This document shows, one piece after another, positions 45,836 through 56,343 of a DNA stretch of 64,000 nt. This stretch comes from a virus (lineage: Duplodnaviria > Heunggongvirae > Uroviricota > Caudoviricetes). The notes below the pieces were generated by a model that worked only from the letters and a program-made list of their open reading frames with translations, was not told the DNA's origin and ran no database searches. Numbering within the stretch: position 1 is the stretch's first letter; each line of letters starts with the position of its first letter. The position numbers and the translations under genes were made by a program. The DNA lies in IMG/VR virus record IMGVR_UViG_3300028602_000006. One strand, 5' to 3'.

Positions 45836-46675
45836 ATGATTTCTTTAAGACAAATATTATTGATTTTTATATTACTATCGTGTTTATCGTGTTCGGCTAT
45901 TGCGCAAATTATAACTCCTTTTCATGTACATGCTCCGGGACCCATTGTTGACGAATTTAATCGAAATTTATTAGGGACTGCAAATAATCCGCAAGACAAG
46001 GTTTTGATATTACGGGCAGAGGGGGGTATATTCCCATCGCAACAAGGTGGTATTCCAGATCCAAGGAATCCTCAAATATCAGGGGGAGAAGGTGGCATTG
46101 GGAAATTTACTTCTAGGTCTCAAGATAATACTGGGCGATTTGGCTTAGTAATTGGAAGCACTAATAGACCTCCGCATGGGATAAAAGTATTTGCGAGAGT
46201 TTTTAATGATCCGGTTCCATCTAGAGCTACTTTTTATGGGGATTCGCAAATTTTTACAATTAATTACAACGATGTATTTGTGGTAGAGTTGGGCAAAACA
46301 GATAAACCGATTTACCCTGAAGATTCTGATGGAGATGGGTTAAATGATTCATGGGAGATGAGTTTAGATACTGACCCTATGGATATTGATACAGATAACG
46401 ATGGATATACTGATTACATAGAATTTTTATCTGGCAGGAATCCATTAGGAGAGGATAAGGATATATTAATTACCGGTATTGCGAGATTGCTTAACGATTG
46501 GTATGCTATAACGTGGGAATCGACAATAAATGCAAGATACATTATTCAGTCGTCAAGTGATTTATTGATGCCATTTGAAGATATTTCTGGGGTAATTACT
46601 GCGATAACAGAGGTTACGACAGAGAGTGTTTGTGACACCAATGAGATACAGTTTTTTAGGATAAAGCAGGAATAA
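45836..46675 (+). CDS. secreted protein with TSP3-like Ca-binding repeats
   Basis: Signal peptide; DSDGDGLNDSWE, DTDNDGYTDYIE; C-terminal ITW.S...Y.IQSSSDL...FFRI. Confidence 0.75.
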   Translation: MISLRQILLIFILLSCLSCSAIAQIITPFHVHAPGPIVDEFNRNLLGTANNPQDKVLILRAEGGIFPSQQGGIPDPRNPQISGGEGGIGKFTSRSQDNTGRFGLVIGSTNRPPHGIKVFARVFNDPVPSRATFYGDSQIFTINYNDVFVVELGKTDKPIYPEDSDGDGLNDSWEMSLDTDPMDIDTDNDGYTDYIEFLSGRNPLGEDKDILITGIARLLNDWYAITWESTINARYIIQSSSDLLMPFEDISGVITAITEVTTESVCDTNEIQFFRIKQE

Positions 46676-46713
46676 GAGAGGATTATAGAAACGAATATTG
46701 GAATTATTTTAAT

Positions 46714-46998
46714 ATGAAAATAAAAATATCAAAATCTAAGTGGGAAGAAATAGGTCGCAAGGCTGGATGGATAAAAACGGCTGGTGGATGGAAATATTAT
46801 TCTGAAGAACTATCTGACATTATAGAAGGTGCGATTGGGGTTGGAATCAGAAACAATGAAACTGAATCTGAGATATTCAATAGAATAGTTAATGACAAAT
46901 CTTTACTTGAATTAATGGGTCAAGAAGATATGTCATTAGAAGATCTTAGGGAATGCATTCAAGACAATATAGAGACGTATAAGATTACTGGTTATTAA
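46714..46998 (+). CDS. hypothetical protein with ISKSKW..IG..AGW leader
   Basis: Leader motif; AGG-N19-GAA promoter. Confidence 0.7.
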   Translation: MKIKISKSKWEEIGRKAGWIKTAGGWKYYSEELSDIIEGAIGVGIRNNETESEIFNRIVNDKSLLELMGQEDMSLEDLRECIQDNIETYKITGY

Positions 46999-47357
46999 TT
47001 GTTCTGGTTCGGATCTTCAACAAATACATAGCCCATAATATTTTGTTTTCCCAAGGCATTAGCGACAGCGATTCTATGTTTGCCATCAATAATTTCCCAG
47101 TCGTAATTTGGGCCTAGTGTAACAATTGGCATATCATTTACCTTGGACGTATCCATTCCCTCAAAATCTGTCCAGTATGGGAATACAGATAGCGGAATGC
47201 TTTGGAGAACGTATTTGCCTCCATACATAACCATATGTTTTGCATCTGAATAGTCTATCTCGCCTCCGCAATCTTGGGCGTTATTACATAAAAAGTCTAT
47301 CATGCCATCAGACGATAATTCTTGTGGCCATGTTTTTGATAACTTATATAATTTCAT
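46995..47357 (-). CDS. ParB/Srx-like domain protein with MKLYKLSK leader
   Basis: PIVTL...WEIIDGKHRIAVA. Confidence 0.65.
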   Translation of the reverse strand: MKLYKLSKTWPQELSSDGMIDFLCNNAQDCGGEIDYSDAKHMVMYGGKYVLQSIPLSVFPYWTDFEGMDTSKVNDMPIVTLGPNYDWEIIDGKHRIAVANALGKQNIMGYVFVEDPNQNN

Positions 47358-47527
47358 TATATAGAGCTTGGATAATTCAGTTTCAATATCATTTCATTAA
47401 TATTTTGATAGTTTTATTTTCTATAAATATAGCTCTTATTCCTTTTTGGTATTACATCTCGCATGATTCGCAAGGGAATTCGTCTGGCATTTGTGAATAA
47501 TATAATCAAGTGTATTGTGTATAAATT

Positions 47528-48223
47528 ATGAAAATATTAAAAACAGCAAACAATAAAAAATTAAAGCTTTCGAAAAGAGAGTGGGAAGTTATAGGCAAGA
47601 AAGCTGGATGGATTAAAGTTTCTGCTGATGAGCGGGATTTAAAGACGTTAAAGCAGCTCATGGATAGTCCTATGTTTTTAAATGCAATTTTGAGCGGGTC
47701 AGATGAATATTCCGCTAATATTCAAGAGGCCGTTAAATCAGTTATTTCCAATTGGGACGCTTTGGTTCGAGCTAAGACATTGCAACAGACGCAAGGGATT
47801 GAATTAGAAGAGGGTATGCCATTATCGGCGAAGAAAAGGGGTAAAATTTTAATAACCTCTCAGAATCAAAGTACAGACGACAGGGGAATGATTGATCTTC
47901 TGATTAAAAAATTAGAGGGATTGAAAAACAATATTCGTCCGGGGCAGGAAACATTAAAAGATGATATCAATGAATTTTCAAATAAAATAGATTCTATTAT
48001 TGGCTCTAATAGCGGGCAACCATCTTTACTAACACCGGGTGCGCCCGTAAATGTAACGATGATGGAAGGTGGCGGAATATATAAAATAGACACAGTAAAT
48101 AGCGATGGTACAGTAGTAGTTCAAGATGAGATGAATCGTCCTATGACTGTCAAGCAAACCAGAATTTATGGGCTTAATGAGCCGAAACCTAAAACGGATG
48201 CGATGGGGAATATAAAGAGATAA
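47528..48223 (+). CDS. hypothetical protein with MKILKTA...LSK..W..IG..AGW leader
   Basis: Leader motif; AGG-N19-GAA promoter. Confidence 0.7.
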   Translation: MKILKTANNKKLKLSKREWEVIGKKAGWIKVSADERDLKTLKQLMDSPMFLNAILSGSDEYSANIQEAVKSVISNWDALVRAKTLQQTQGIELEEGMPLSAKKRGKILITSQNQSTDDRGMIDLLIKKLEGLKNNIRPGQETLKDDINEFSNKIDSIIGSNSGQPSLLTPGAPVNVTMMEGGGIYKIDTVNSDGTVVVQDEMNRPMTVKQTRIYGLNEPKPKTDAMGNIKR

Positions 48224-48228
48224 TGTAT

Positions 48229-48708
48229 TTACTCTTCTTGTTCAAATATAACTGATATATCAGAACAAATAACTAAAGAAGATCCTATACCGAATAGATC
48301 TGCCATTAGATCTCCTACATCGAGTCTATTCTCGGTTGTAATGACATCTATTTCTTCTAAAGCTTCATAAATTGCATCGAAAGCGTTGGATATGATTCCT
48401 TCTGAGACTCCTTGATCTCTAAGTTCTTTTTGTAATCCAGTTTGATAAGCTCTCATAAATCCCTCAAGATGGGCGGATGCTGCGTTAGAGGCTGTGGAAG
48501 ATACCATAGCCAGAGTGAACAGAGGTTTGGATGCGATAGCATGATATTGTTTATCTATATCGAAATTTGTTTTAATTTCATTCTCAAACAATCGATTATA
48601 TAGGGTGGTAAAATCATCGGTTTCTCTTTGATTTAATGTAGAGCATCCAACCATCAAAATTGTCCCTAAGAGTATTAATATTGTTTTATTCATAATTATC
48701 CTTTCCAT
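48229..48708 (-). CDS. putative lipoprotein
   Basis: Signal peptide with ILMVGC lipobox; start may be 48693. Confidence 0.65.
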   Translation of the reverse strand: MERIIMNKTILILLGTILMVGCSTLNQRETDDFTTLYNRLFENEIKTNFDIDKQYHAIASKPLFTLAMVSSTASNAASAHLEGFMRAYQTGLQKELRDQGVSEGIISNAFDAIYEALEEIDVITTENRLDVGDLMADLFGIGSSLVICSDISVIFEQEE

Positions 48709-48833
48709 TTAGAATTTAATACATTATACAATCGTTTATAGGCATAGTGGGAGGATTAGGGCAAATATATTTTGAAATAAGAGGTTGTAATATAGTAAGA
48801 AATGGTAATGATTTTTATTCGCAAGATATTTTT

Positions 48834-51800
48834 ATGAACACATTTGATGATTTTATTAGATTAGCGTTTGCCAGACAAATTTGGAGTGATTTTCAAATTG
48901 GGTGGAAGGACGTAAATTTAATTAAAAAATTTGCAGTTCGATCTAATGGAATTGGCTCCAGAGAAAAAGAGTCATCTTGGGATAAACTAGAGAAGCTGAA
49001 AGATAGGGATGATATTTTTCTTTCATATATTAGTGAATTAAAAGATCCTCCATCGCCAAGAGGGGAGCGGACTCCTAGGTATCCAAAAATAGGAATCAAT
49101 CCCAAAAGTCATTACAATACTCCATTAGGTGTTTATACATATCCAATAAAAGAAATTTGGGGAAAACTTAGTAAGGGTGATTTATCAAATGTACCTTATC
49201 AAGGGGAGAAGCCCTACATTGCTGTTCTTCAACTCAGAGAGGGGAAAAAGTTCGTACAGGACATGTATAAAGATTATGATTCATCTGATTATGATGATGA
49301 TAGAAAGAAACTGCATAATTATTTTGTTCCGAAGGTATTATCAGAAGAAGAATTTAATCAAGTTGTAGACAAAGCTTCTCAAGAATCTTCTGATAAGAAT
49401 CCCATCACATCAATGTGGAATATTGCTCGCTATTTGGCCTATATTATTGTTCAATTCAAAGATAGAGATGTTGACAGAAACGCTATTTTAGATAAAGTAA
49501 AAGAGTATGGGGTATCATATCTAATGCCCTATAAAGTGAGGGGAAAATTAAACCCTTATGGATTGATTTTTAATAGAATTTTAAGCGACGATGAAGTTTT
49601 GGGTTATGCCGGATTTGCCGACCGTACTGGAAAGTCATACATTCACTCTGGTGAACCAATACAGGCAATTTTTCTAGATCCAAGCGGGTATAATGTTTTA
49701 GATATATTGCCGAATGAAAGTTCTGATGAGTATATCCCTTTAAATCCCAAAATAGAGGATGGCATTGAACTTACGAAAAAAATGCAAGATAATAGAATTC
49801 GCAGTAAAATACGTTCTTTTATTGAAAAGATGGGGGCAGAAAATATATCGGAGGATGTGTGGCGTCAAATTTTAGCTGGTCACCCCGATTTCATAAAGAG
49901 TTGTCCATATAAAAATTTGTTAGATGATCCATCAATTATAAAAAATCTCGATAAGTATTGGAGTAAAAAGGCCTTATTTGGCGATATAATCAATTTCAAT
50001 CCAGAAGAAATACCCATACATATTGATAAACTGCCGGAAACAAAAAGAGCGTTAAAAGAGGCATGGGAAAGAAATATTAAAGAAGATCCCACGGGTTTTA
50101 AATATGCTCCTGATTATGTTAAAAATGATCCGAGAATGGGGAGAGCGCACAAGGAGGGATGGGAATCATATTTAATGAAAGCGCCTATGTCTTGGAATGA
50201 TTGCCCATTTGAGGAAGTAAAGAAAAATAAAAAAGTCATTGAAAAAGCACAAGAATATTTCATAGACAGGATAAGATATGATGTAAGGGATTATGCATAT
50301 GTTCCAGAAGATTTAAAGAATGGAGAGTTGCATGAAAGTGCTGTTTTTGAATTTATAGAGCACATTAAAAATGATCCTACGTATTATTTATCCCCCAATC
50401 TTGAGTCGTTAAGATCAGAGCCTCGTGTATTGGATATTGCACGAGAAGAATGGAAGACGTTAATAAAACATCAACCAATTCAATTAGATAGACTGCCCAA
50501 GGAATTGAAAGAAGAATCCGACGGGGGCGCTATATATAGGGATATTGCCAAAAATACTGTTATGGGATGGATTAATAGTGAAGATCCTGTAAACTCTTAT
50601 TATGGGGAGGGGGGATATAATTGTAGAGTGCCAAAAGAATTAATGGAAAAAGACAAGGATATATTCAATGCTGTTATTGAGAAATGGGTTGAATTAATAA
50701 GAACAGGGGATATCTATATAGCGAAGGAAACGCCCAAGGATTTACTCAATATTCCACAGATTATAGATCAATTGAAAAAGACTTGGAAGGCGTACATAAT
50801 GGATCATCCTTACTCATTAGAGTCTTCTCCATTTCCTGAATTACAACATGACGAAGATATATGGAAATCTATTTTGAGTAATGAAGAATTTAGTGGTGAA
50901 TTCTGGCCAAGCTGTCCATTTGAATATATAAAAAATGACCCAAGAGTTATAGAGATTGCAAGAAATTGGTGGATAGATGCTTTAAAAAAAGATATTTATT
51001 TGATACAACAATTACCATCTGAACTAGGTTTGGATAATCTTCCGTCGATAAAAAAGATAAAGATAAAATACATCAAAGAGCGATCTAAACACGATCCTCG
51101 TTCGGTAGATACGCAAAATCTTGACGAAGAAGAAAGAGAAGCTTGGATGTCTGGGGCGAAATACCATGCAAAAACGTTTCCAGCGCAGGCAATGATTTTT
51201 AATGAAAGCGAGAGGCTTGAATTAATGCAAGACCCGCTTATAAGAAAAACATGGTTCAATACGTGGAAGAATATAGCCGTTTCAAATTGGGAAGATAAAA
51301 TTGAAAATCCTTTCGGTCATGCGCTTTATAATGATCCGGAAGTTATAAATAAAATTAGCGATTATATAGAAAAAGAGTTAAGTTATGGAAATCCCGTCGA
51401 AAAATGCGCAATTGATGGGCTTATAGAAAAGGTTAAAAATGATCCAAAATTACAACAGAATCTTTTAGAGCGATGGAAAAATGAAATATCCTCCAGTGAC
51501 CAATATCGTATTGATAAAGTGTATGATATTGCTATTGATAGATTCGCTTCAGACAAAGAAGCCATTAAAGAATTAAAGGGTGTTTACTTTAACACATGGG
51601 CGGAAATGGCCAAAAATAGTAGTTTGTTACATCTTGAATTGACTCCTATTGTGGTGGATTATTTTTCCAAGAGGCAGGATATGAGAGAATGGCTTATGGA
51701 TCAATGGCTAAAAGTGGCTGATAGGACAAAGATTTCTGATAATACGTATTTCGGCGGTGCTTTTGTGGGCTATAATACTCCCCCTTCTTTTGTGCAAAAC

Positions 51801-52076
51801 GATCAAAGATTCATTAATGTATTGGAAGATAATAGGTGGTCATATTTCTTGAGGCATTCCCCCAGCAAATTGAATGAGGTTCCTCCCGAGGTTATGAACT
51901 TGCCTAAGGTGAAATATGAAATAGAAAAAATAAACGCATCAAAAGGTTCTAATGAAATCCATACAGAGGAGCCGGCAGCTGCGCCATTGGAAACTGGAGA
52001 AAAAGATATACAAGCATCATCTCAACGAACATTATGGGCAAGCACTTTTAACGATAATGTAATAATTAATATATAA
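48834..52076 (+). CDS. large protein: globular N-domain plus Trp-rich helical repeats
   Basis: NPKSHYNTPLGVYTYP...EPIQAIF; repeated (C/S)PF..(I/L)K.DP.V units; ATG 48834 preferred. Confidence 0.75.
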   Translation: MNTFDDFIRLAFARQIWSDFQIGWKDVNLIKKFAVRSNGIGSREKESSWDKLEKLKDRDDIFLSYISELKDPPSPRGERTPRYPKIGINPKSHYNTPLGVYTYPIKEIWGKLSKGDLSNVPYQGEKPYIAVLQLREGKKFVQDMYKDYDSSDYDDDRKKLHNYFVPKVLSEEEFNQVVDKASQESSDKNPITSMWNIARYLAYIIVQFKDRDVDRNAILDKVKEYGVSYLMPYKVRGKLNPYGLIFNRILSDDEVLGYAGFADRTGKSYIHSGEPIQAIFLDPSGYNVLDILPNESSDEYIPLNPKIEDGIELTKKMQDNRIRSKIRSFIEKMGAENISEDVWRQILAGHPDFIKSCPYKNLLDDPSIIKNLDKYWSKKALFGDIINFNPEEIPIHIDKLPETKRALKEAWERNIKEDPTGFKYAPDYVKNDPRMGRAHKEGWESYLMKAPMSWNDCPFEEVKKNKKVIEKAQEYFIDRIRYDVRDYAYVPEDLKNGELHESAVFEFIEHIKNDPTYYLSPNLESLRSEPRVLDIAREEWKTLIKHQPIQLDRLPKELKEESDGGAIYRDIAKNTVMGWINSEDPVNSYYGEGGYNCRVPKELMEKDKDIFNAVIEKWVELIRTGDIYIAKETPKDLLNIPQIIDQLKKTWKAYIMDHPYSLESSPFPELQHDEDIWKSILSNEEFSGEFWPSCPFEYIKNDPRVIEIARNWWIDALKKDIYLIQQLPSELGLDNLPSIKKIKIKYIKERSKHDPRSVDTQNLDEEEREAWMSGAKYHAKTFPAQAMIFNESERLELMQDPLIRKTWFNTWKNIAVSNWEDKIENPFGHALYNDPEVINKISDYIEKELSYGNPVEKCAIDGLIEKVKNDPKLQQNLLERWKNEISSSDQYRIDKVYDIAIDRFASDKEAIKELKGVYFNTWAEMAKNSSLLHLELTPIVVDYFSKRQDMREWLMDQWLKVADRTKISDNTYFGGAFVGYNTPPSFVQNDQRFINVLEDNRWSYFLRHSPSKLNEVPPEVMNLPKVKYEIEKINASKGSNEIHTEEPAAAPLETGEKDIQASSQRTLWASTFNDNVIINI

Positions 52077-52099
52077 GTCTTCTGTATAATACAGGGGAT

Positions 52100-52402
52100 A
52101 TGTCAACTCAATTTATAGCTAAGCCTAGAGATAACATGGATATGGTTTTCTCTGCGCCATCCAAACCGTCTTTAGTTTGCGGGATACGGTGTGTAACTCG
52201 TTCAAATAAACATATTGTGTCGATTCCGTTTTCTTCATATAAGCAAGGGGATTATAAAACAGCAAATAACATTAGAATGTATGGGGTTAGAACTCCAGAA
52301 CATAGTAAAGTAATGGGACCATTTGACGGAGTTATGGATGCGTTTGATGATATTCCAAAAAAAATTGTTAAAAATAATATTTTGAAGAATTTTCAAAACT
52401 AA
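52100..52402 (+). CDS. hypothetical protein
   Basis: TGTATAAT and GGGG upstream. Confidence 0.6.
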   Translation: MSTQFIAKPRDNMDMVFSAPSKPSLVCGIRCVTRSNKHIVSIPFSSYKQGDYKTANNIRMYGVRTPEHSKVMGPFDGVMDAFDDIPKKIVKNNILKNFQN

Positions 52403-52422
52403 GTAACGGGGGCGGAGGATAT

Positions 52423-52695
52423 ATGCCGATAGTAAAATTTTTTCCAGAGGATGAAGATAGGACTTATGAAATACAAAAGTATCGTAAGGAATTGAATAAA
52501 AAATATAAAAGAGGCGCATCATCTGAGTTTATCCCGAATCCAAATCCCCCTAATGTTAAATTTCCTACGCCGTTAGATATTGTGGGAAGTACAGACGGTA
52601 AATTGAACGGTTATATTGGCTCTATTCCTCCGCAAGATAAATCGTTAATTAGAGCTAAAATTTTAACTTGTAATCCAATTGTTTGCAATGATTAA
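52423..52695 (+). CDS. hypothetical protein
   Basis: GGAGG RBS. Confidence 0.6.
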   Translation: MPIVKFFPEDEDRTYEIQKYRKELNKKYKRGASSEFIPNPNPPNVKFPTPLDIVGSTDGKLNGYIGSIPPQDKSLIRAKILTCNPIVCND

Positions 52696-52707
52696 GGAGA
52701 TGCGAAA

Positions 52708-52938
52708 ATGACACTGTTAAAATGGAAACACGAAAATAAATCAAATGAATGGATTGATAATGAGCATGGATGGGCAATCAATAAGAATGATGTCCCCGAA
52801 AGGCCGTACCAACTATTATCCAATGGAATAAATTTAGGTTCATTAAATAAATTAGCATCTGCAAAACAGTTGGCAGAACTTGCAGAGTTGGGTGAAATAT
52901 ATATTGAAGAGCCAAAGGCGGAAGAATTATCCCAATAG
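52708..52938 (+). CDS. hypothetical protein
   Basis: AAGGAG RBS. Confidence 0.65.
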   Translation: MTLLKWKHENKSNEWIDNEHGWAINKNDVPERPYQLLSNGINLGSLNKLASAKQLAELAELGEIYIEEPKAEELSQ

Positions 52939-52942
52939 TTAA

Positions 52943-53866
52943 TTATTGGAAAAGAAGTTGAAGCCATTGCTCCATGGGAGGTATTTGTTTTGGCCATAAA
53001 AATGCCTGAAGATATTTAGAGGCTTCGTCTATATTCCAAGATTTAATTATTTCCAATATTTTATTAACTGGCCATCCATGATCATCGGCCAATCTTTTCA
53101 GAAAATCTGTTGCATCAAATTCATCTTCTGGCATATACACTTTATTTTTTATATCGATATGCTTATTTTCCATTGTTTCTTTACCGTCAAATCCCTTTCG
53201 TTTGCTATATTGATATTGTTGGATGAAATCCTCTCTCGCCAGTTCTTCCCATGGGTCTGAGATGAGAGGCGTATCTTCATGTTTTTGAACCCAAAATGAA
53301 TTGATTCTTGACGGATTAAGATTACCGATAAATAGTGCCTGATATTCTCTTGGAGCCATAAGCATTTCCGCAAGTTCAGGACGGCTAGAATTTGCAATAG
53401 CCTTATATTCTGATTGTTTTGCTTTCTCTCTTTGTTTTAGGATTGCTTGTTGACGCTGTTCATCTAACTTATCCCAGTCCCAATATTCCGACATGCCACC
53501 TTGAACTGTATATCCGCCTCCCGGCCATACAGGGATTTCCAGTTCTTTATATCGGCAAGTGAATTCCATAATAGCCCCAAAAGTAGTGAAGTCCTTAGCT
53601 GTTTCGAAGTTTGTTGTTATAAACAGACCTTTAGGGTTATTATTGCTTTCATAGGAATAAACTCTTTCTGCCACACTTTGTCCGCTTAGTCCGTGTTTTG
53701 CCGTTATTATGGCATCATTCATATCTCTGAAGGCATGATAAACACGCAACTCATCATCTTCTTGAAACGCTTCTTGTTTTTCAATAACTTTATAGAAGAC
53801 ATTTTCGGCGTTATCAAATCCGAATTCTCTTCTCTTATTTTGGGCAATTTTATACCAAGATATCAT
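52943..53866 (-). CDS. MISWYKIAQ-leader protein with possible ADP-ribosyltransferase fold
   Basis: LRVYHAF / KGLFITTNFETAKDF / EYQALF pattern. Confidence 0.55.
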   Translation of the reverse strand: MISWYKIAQNKRREFGFDNAENVFYKVIEKQEAFQEDDELRVYHAFRDMNDAIITAKHGLSGQSVAERVYSYESNNNPKGLFITTNFETAKDFTTFGAIMEFTCRYKELEIPVWPGGGYTVQGGMSEYWDWDKLDEQRQQAILKQREKAKQSEYKAIANSSRPELAEMLMAPREYQALFIGNLNPSRINSFWVQKHEDTPLISDPWEELAREDFIQQYQYSKRKGFDGKETMENKHIDIKNKVYMPEDEFDATDFLKRLADDHGWPVNKILEIIKSWNIDEASKYLQAFLWPKQIPPMEQWLQLLFQ

Positions 53867-53945
53867 AATGTGTTAATTTCTATCTTATTGCTATGGAATC
53901 CTTGATTTTAGAGGGCAAATCATTTGTTTTTTAGAATTAATATAA

Positions 53946-54134
53946 ATGAATTTTAGAGAAAAAATAATAGTGATTGCAATAGCGGCTATATTATCGGGAT
54001 GCGTTACGGCTAGGAACCCATCAGATATACGTCCGCCTTTAATGAATGATCGTACATTTACAAATTTTGTACCCACTATTGTAACTAATGAACTGCCATC
54101 AACAAATTATTATATTCAAAATGGGGGATTTTAA
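53946..54134 (+). CDS. small lipoprotein
   Basis: AILSGC lipobox. Confidence 0.65.
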   Translation: MNFREKIIVIAIAAILSGCVTARNPSDIRPPLMNDRTFTNFVPTIVTNELPSTNYYIQNGGF

Positions 54135-54841
54135 TGCTATTAGATCATTTGAGATACAGTAAGACTAATTTTGAATCGGGGGGACTATTAGATGAGCCTG
54201 ATATTCGTGCCAAACGCATAATAATGAGGGTTCCAGAACAATTTATAGCTCCACGAAGGATTGATTCAAGAGATATGTGTTTAAGTTCAAGTAACCAACA
54301 GCAAACGCCGCACTGCGCTGGATACTCTGCCGCTGGATATATTGAATTTCGCAATTGGAAAACCTTGCACTATCCTGCGCAAGTTGATGGTGATAAGATA
54401 TATGAAGAAGCCAAGAAGATTGACATGAATAATCATCCGGGAACAACATTGATATCTGTGGCAACAGCATCAATTAGTTTAGGGTTGATAAAAGGGAAAC
54501 CCCAATATGTTGCGTACCCAGAGATTGAGGGATCAGCGATGGATAGAAAGTTAAAAAGAATAACATCCATAAAGTTTGCCCTACATCAATATGGTGTTGT
54601 TTTGGCCGGATTTAGGATTACGGATGAATGGGATTGGGTCGATAAAAGGAATGGAATGATTAGAGATTTAGGAGATAAGGCGATAAACCGTGGCGGACAT
54701 GCAGTTTTGCTTTGTGGTTATGATGATATGGGCGTTTATATACAAAATAGTTGGTCCGAAAAATGGGGCATCTATGGGTTTGCATGTTTAAGTTGGGATC
54801 AATACGATAAACAGATCATGCAAGCTATGATTATTGATTAA
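54134..54841 (+). CDS. papain-like C1 cysteine peptidase
   Basis: NQQQTPHCAGYS, GGHAVLLCGYD, IQNSWSEKWG. Confidence 0.85.
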   Translation: MLLDHLRYSKTNFESGGLLDEPDIRAKRIIMRVPEQFIAPRRIDSRDMCLSSSNQQQTPHCAGYSAAGYIEFRNWKTLHYPAQVDGDKIYEEAKKIDMNNHPGTTLISVATASISLGLIKGKPQYVAYPEIEGSAMDRKLKRITSIKFALHQYGVVLAGFRITDEWDWVDKRNGMIRDLGDKAINRGGHAVLLCGYDDMGVYIQNSWSEKWGIYGFACLSWDQYDKQIMQAMIID

Positions 54842-54923
54842 TGATAACCTTAAATAATGTGCTTCTTCCGCTGAGCCTGTGGACAATATTGCAATATTCT
54901 TTAAATGACTCTTCATCGAGCGT

Positions 54924-56208
54924 CTGACATACTCCCACGGCTAAAGACCGTGGGGTTCTAGTTTCCTTTCGGAAATAAAGTCTTTGCCCAGACTTTTTAT
55001 TAAAGCAAATTGTTTAATATTGTTAGCAGCATTTATGTCTCTATCATGATTTGTTCCACAAGAAGAACATTCCCATTCTTTTTCTTCTCGTTTTAATTTT
55101 TGATAGATATGACCACAAACAGAACATCTTTTACTAGATGGTTCAAATCTTCCAATAACTAAAAGATTTTTACCACTATCTTCACATTTATATTCCATCA
55201 TTTGTCTAAACATTCTCCATCCCGCATCTCCTATGGCCTTAGACATTGGTGCGAAATTTTCTTGTTCCATTTCTTTTACTGCTAAATCCTCCATAGCATA
55301 ACTTGTCCAGTCTTGGTTCTTGACTAAACTTGTTGTTAATTTATGGAGAAAATCTTTTCTCTGGCTTCTAATTTTTTTGTGTATTCGTCTTACTTTCTCC
55401 TTTTGTTTTTGATATACTTTTGTGTCTTTATTCTTTTTACTAAGAATCTGTTGTTCTTTTGCTAATTTGTCTTCATACTTTTTGAAATGTTTAGGATTAT
55501 CTATTTTTGTGTCATCTGAAAATATTGCCAAATGAGTTGTCCCTAAATCAATTCCTAGTGTTTTGCTTTCTTTGATTTGTGAAGGCTGTGGGGTTTCTAT
55601 TCCTTCATCATAACAAATTGAAGCATAATATTCTGTTCCTTCTCTTGAAACAGTTATGTTTTTAAATGCACAATCTTCTGGAGCATTAAATTTATCTATG
55701 AATCTTATCCACTTTAGTTTTGGAAGTTTAATATGCTTTTTGTCTTTAGAAATTTCAAAGTATTGTGGAACACGAAAAGATTGTTTTGGATTGTGTTTTG
55801 ATTTGAATTTTGGAAATTTATTGTTTTTCTTGAAAAAGTGAGAAAAAGCAGAGTCTAAATCTTTTAGGGTTTGTTGAAGTGATTGGGCATTAACTTCTTT
55901 TAGCCAAGGTTTTTCTTCATACATCTTTGGAATATCTTTTTGAATTTGATAAACAGAAATTGATTTTTTGGTTTCTGTGTATGTTTTGGATTTCGTTTCT
56001 AGTCCATAATTATAGATAACTCGGCAACAACCGAAATGTTTTTCGATTAATTCTTTCTGCCATTTTCTAGGATATATTTTGACCTTTATCGCTTTCACAT
56101 TTTTATTATACATTAAGTTATTAACTTTTTCCTCTAAAAAAGTTAAAATAATTGAAATGTTCGCTTTCATCCTACGACTGAAGATCGTAGGCTTTCCCGC
56201 TCGCCTTC
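54924..56208 (-). mobile_element. IS200/IS605-family (tnpB-only, IS1341-like) insertion
   Basis: LE hairpin CCTACGAT-CTTCA-GTCGTAGG after AAAG; RE hairpin CCCACGG-TCTTTAG-CCGTGGG ending GTCAG; no tnpA; junction uncertain by 2-3 nt. Confidence 0.85.
54941..56113 (-). CDS. tnpB: TnpB RNA-guided endonuclease
   Basis: HTH KIYP..WQKELIEKHFGCCRVIYN; LGIDLG, AMEDL, CSVCG..CSSC, DRDINAANNI; ATG 56113. Confidence 0.92.
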   Translation of the reverse strand: MYNKNVKAIKVKIYPRKWQKELIEKHFGCCRVIYNYGLETKSKTYTETKKSISVYQIQKDIPKMYEEKPWLKEVNAQSLQQTLKDLDSAFSHFFKKNNKFPKFKSKHNPKQSFRVPQYFEISKDKKHIKLPKLKWIRFIDKFNAPEDCAFKNITVSREGTEYYASICYDEGIETPQPSQIKESKTLGIDLGTTHLAIFSDDTKIDNPKHFKKYEDKLAKEQQILSKKNKDTKVYQKQKEKVRRIHKKIRSQRKDFLHKLTTSLVKNQDWTSYAMEDLAVKEMEQENFAPMSKAIGDAGWRMFRQMMEYKCEDSGKNLLVIGRFEPSSKRCSVCGHIYQKLKREEKEWECSSCGTNHDRDINAANNIKQFALIKSLGKDFISERKLEPHGL

Positions 56209-56343
56209 GTAAATTCATTGGCCTGAGATTGTCGCAATGGAAGTTTGATTTTTTTGCCCATTGATTCAAGCTTTTGACTAAAAGATTCTAATTGAACATC
56301 ATTCATGCTTGTATTATCCATAAAATTAGTTATAATAGTCTAT

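Noticed and set aside
56113-56269. 52-aa N-terminal extension of TnpB in the ORF track
   Set aside because: It runs through the IS left-end hairpin and flank; the HTH starts right after ATG 56113.
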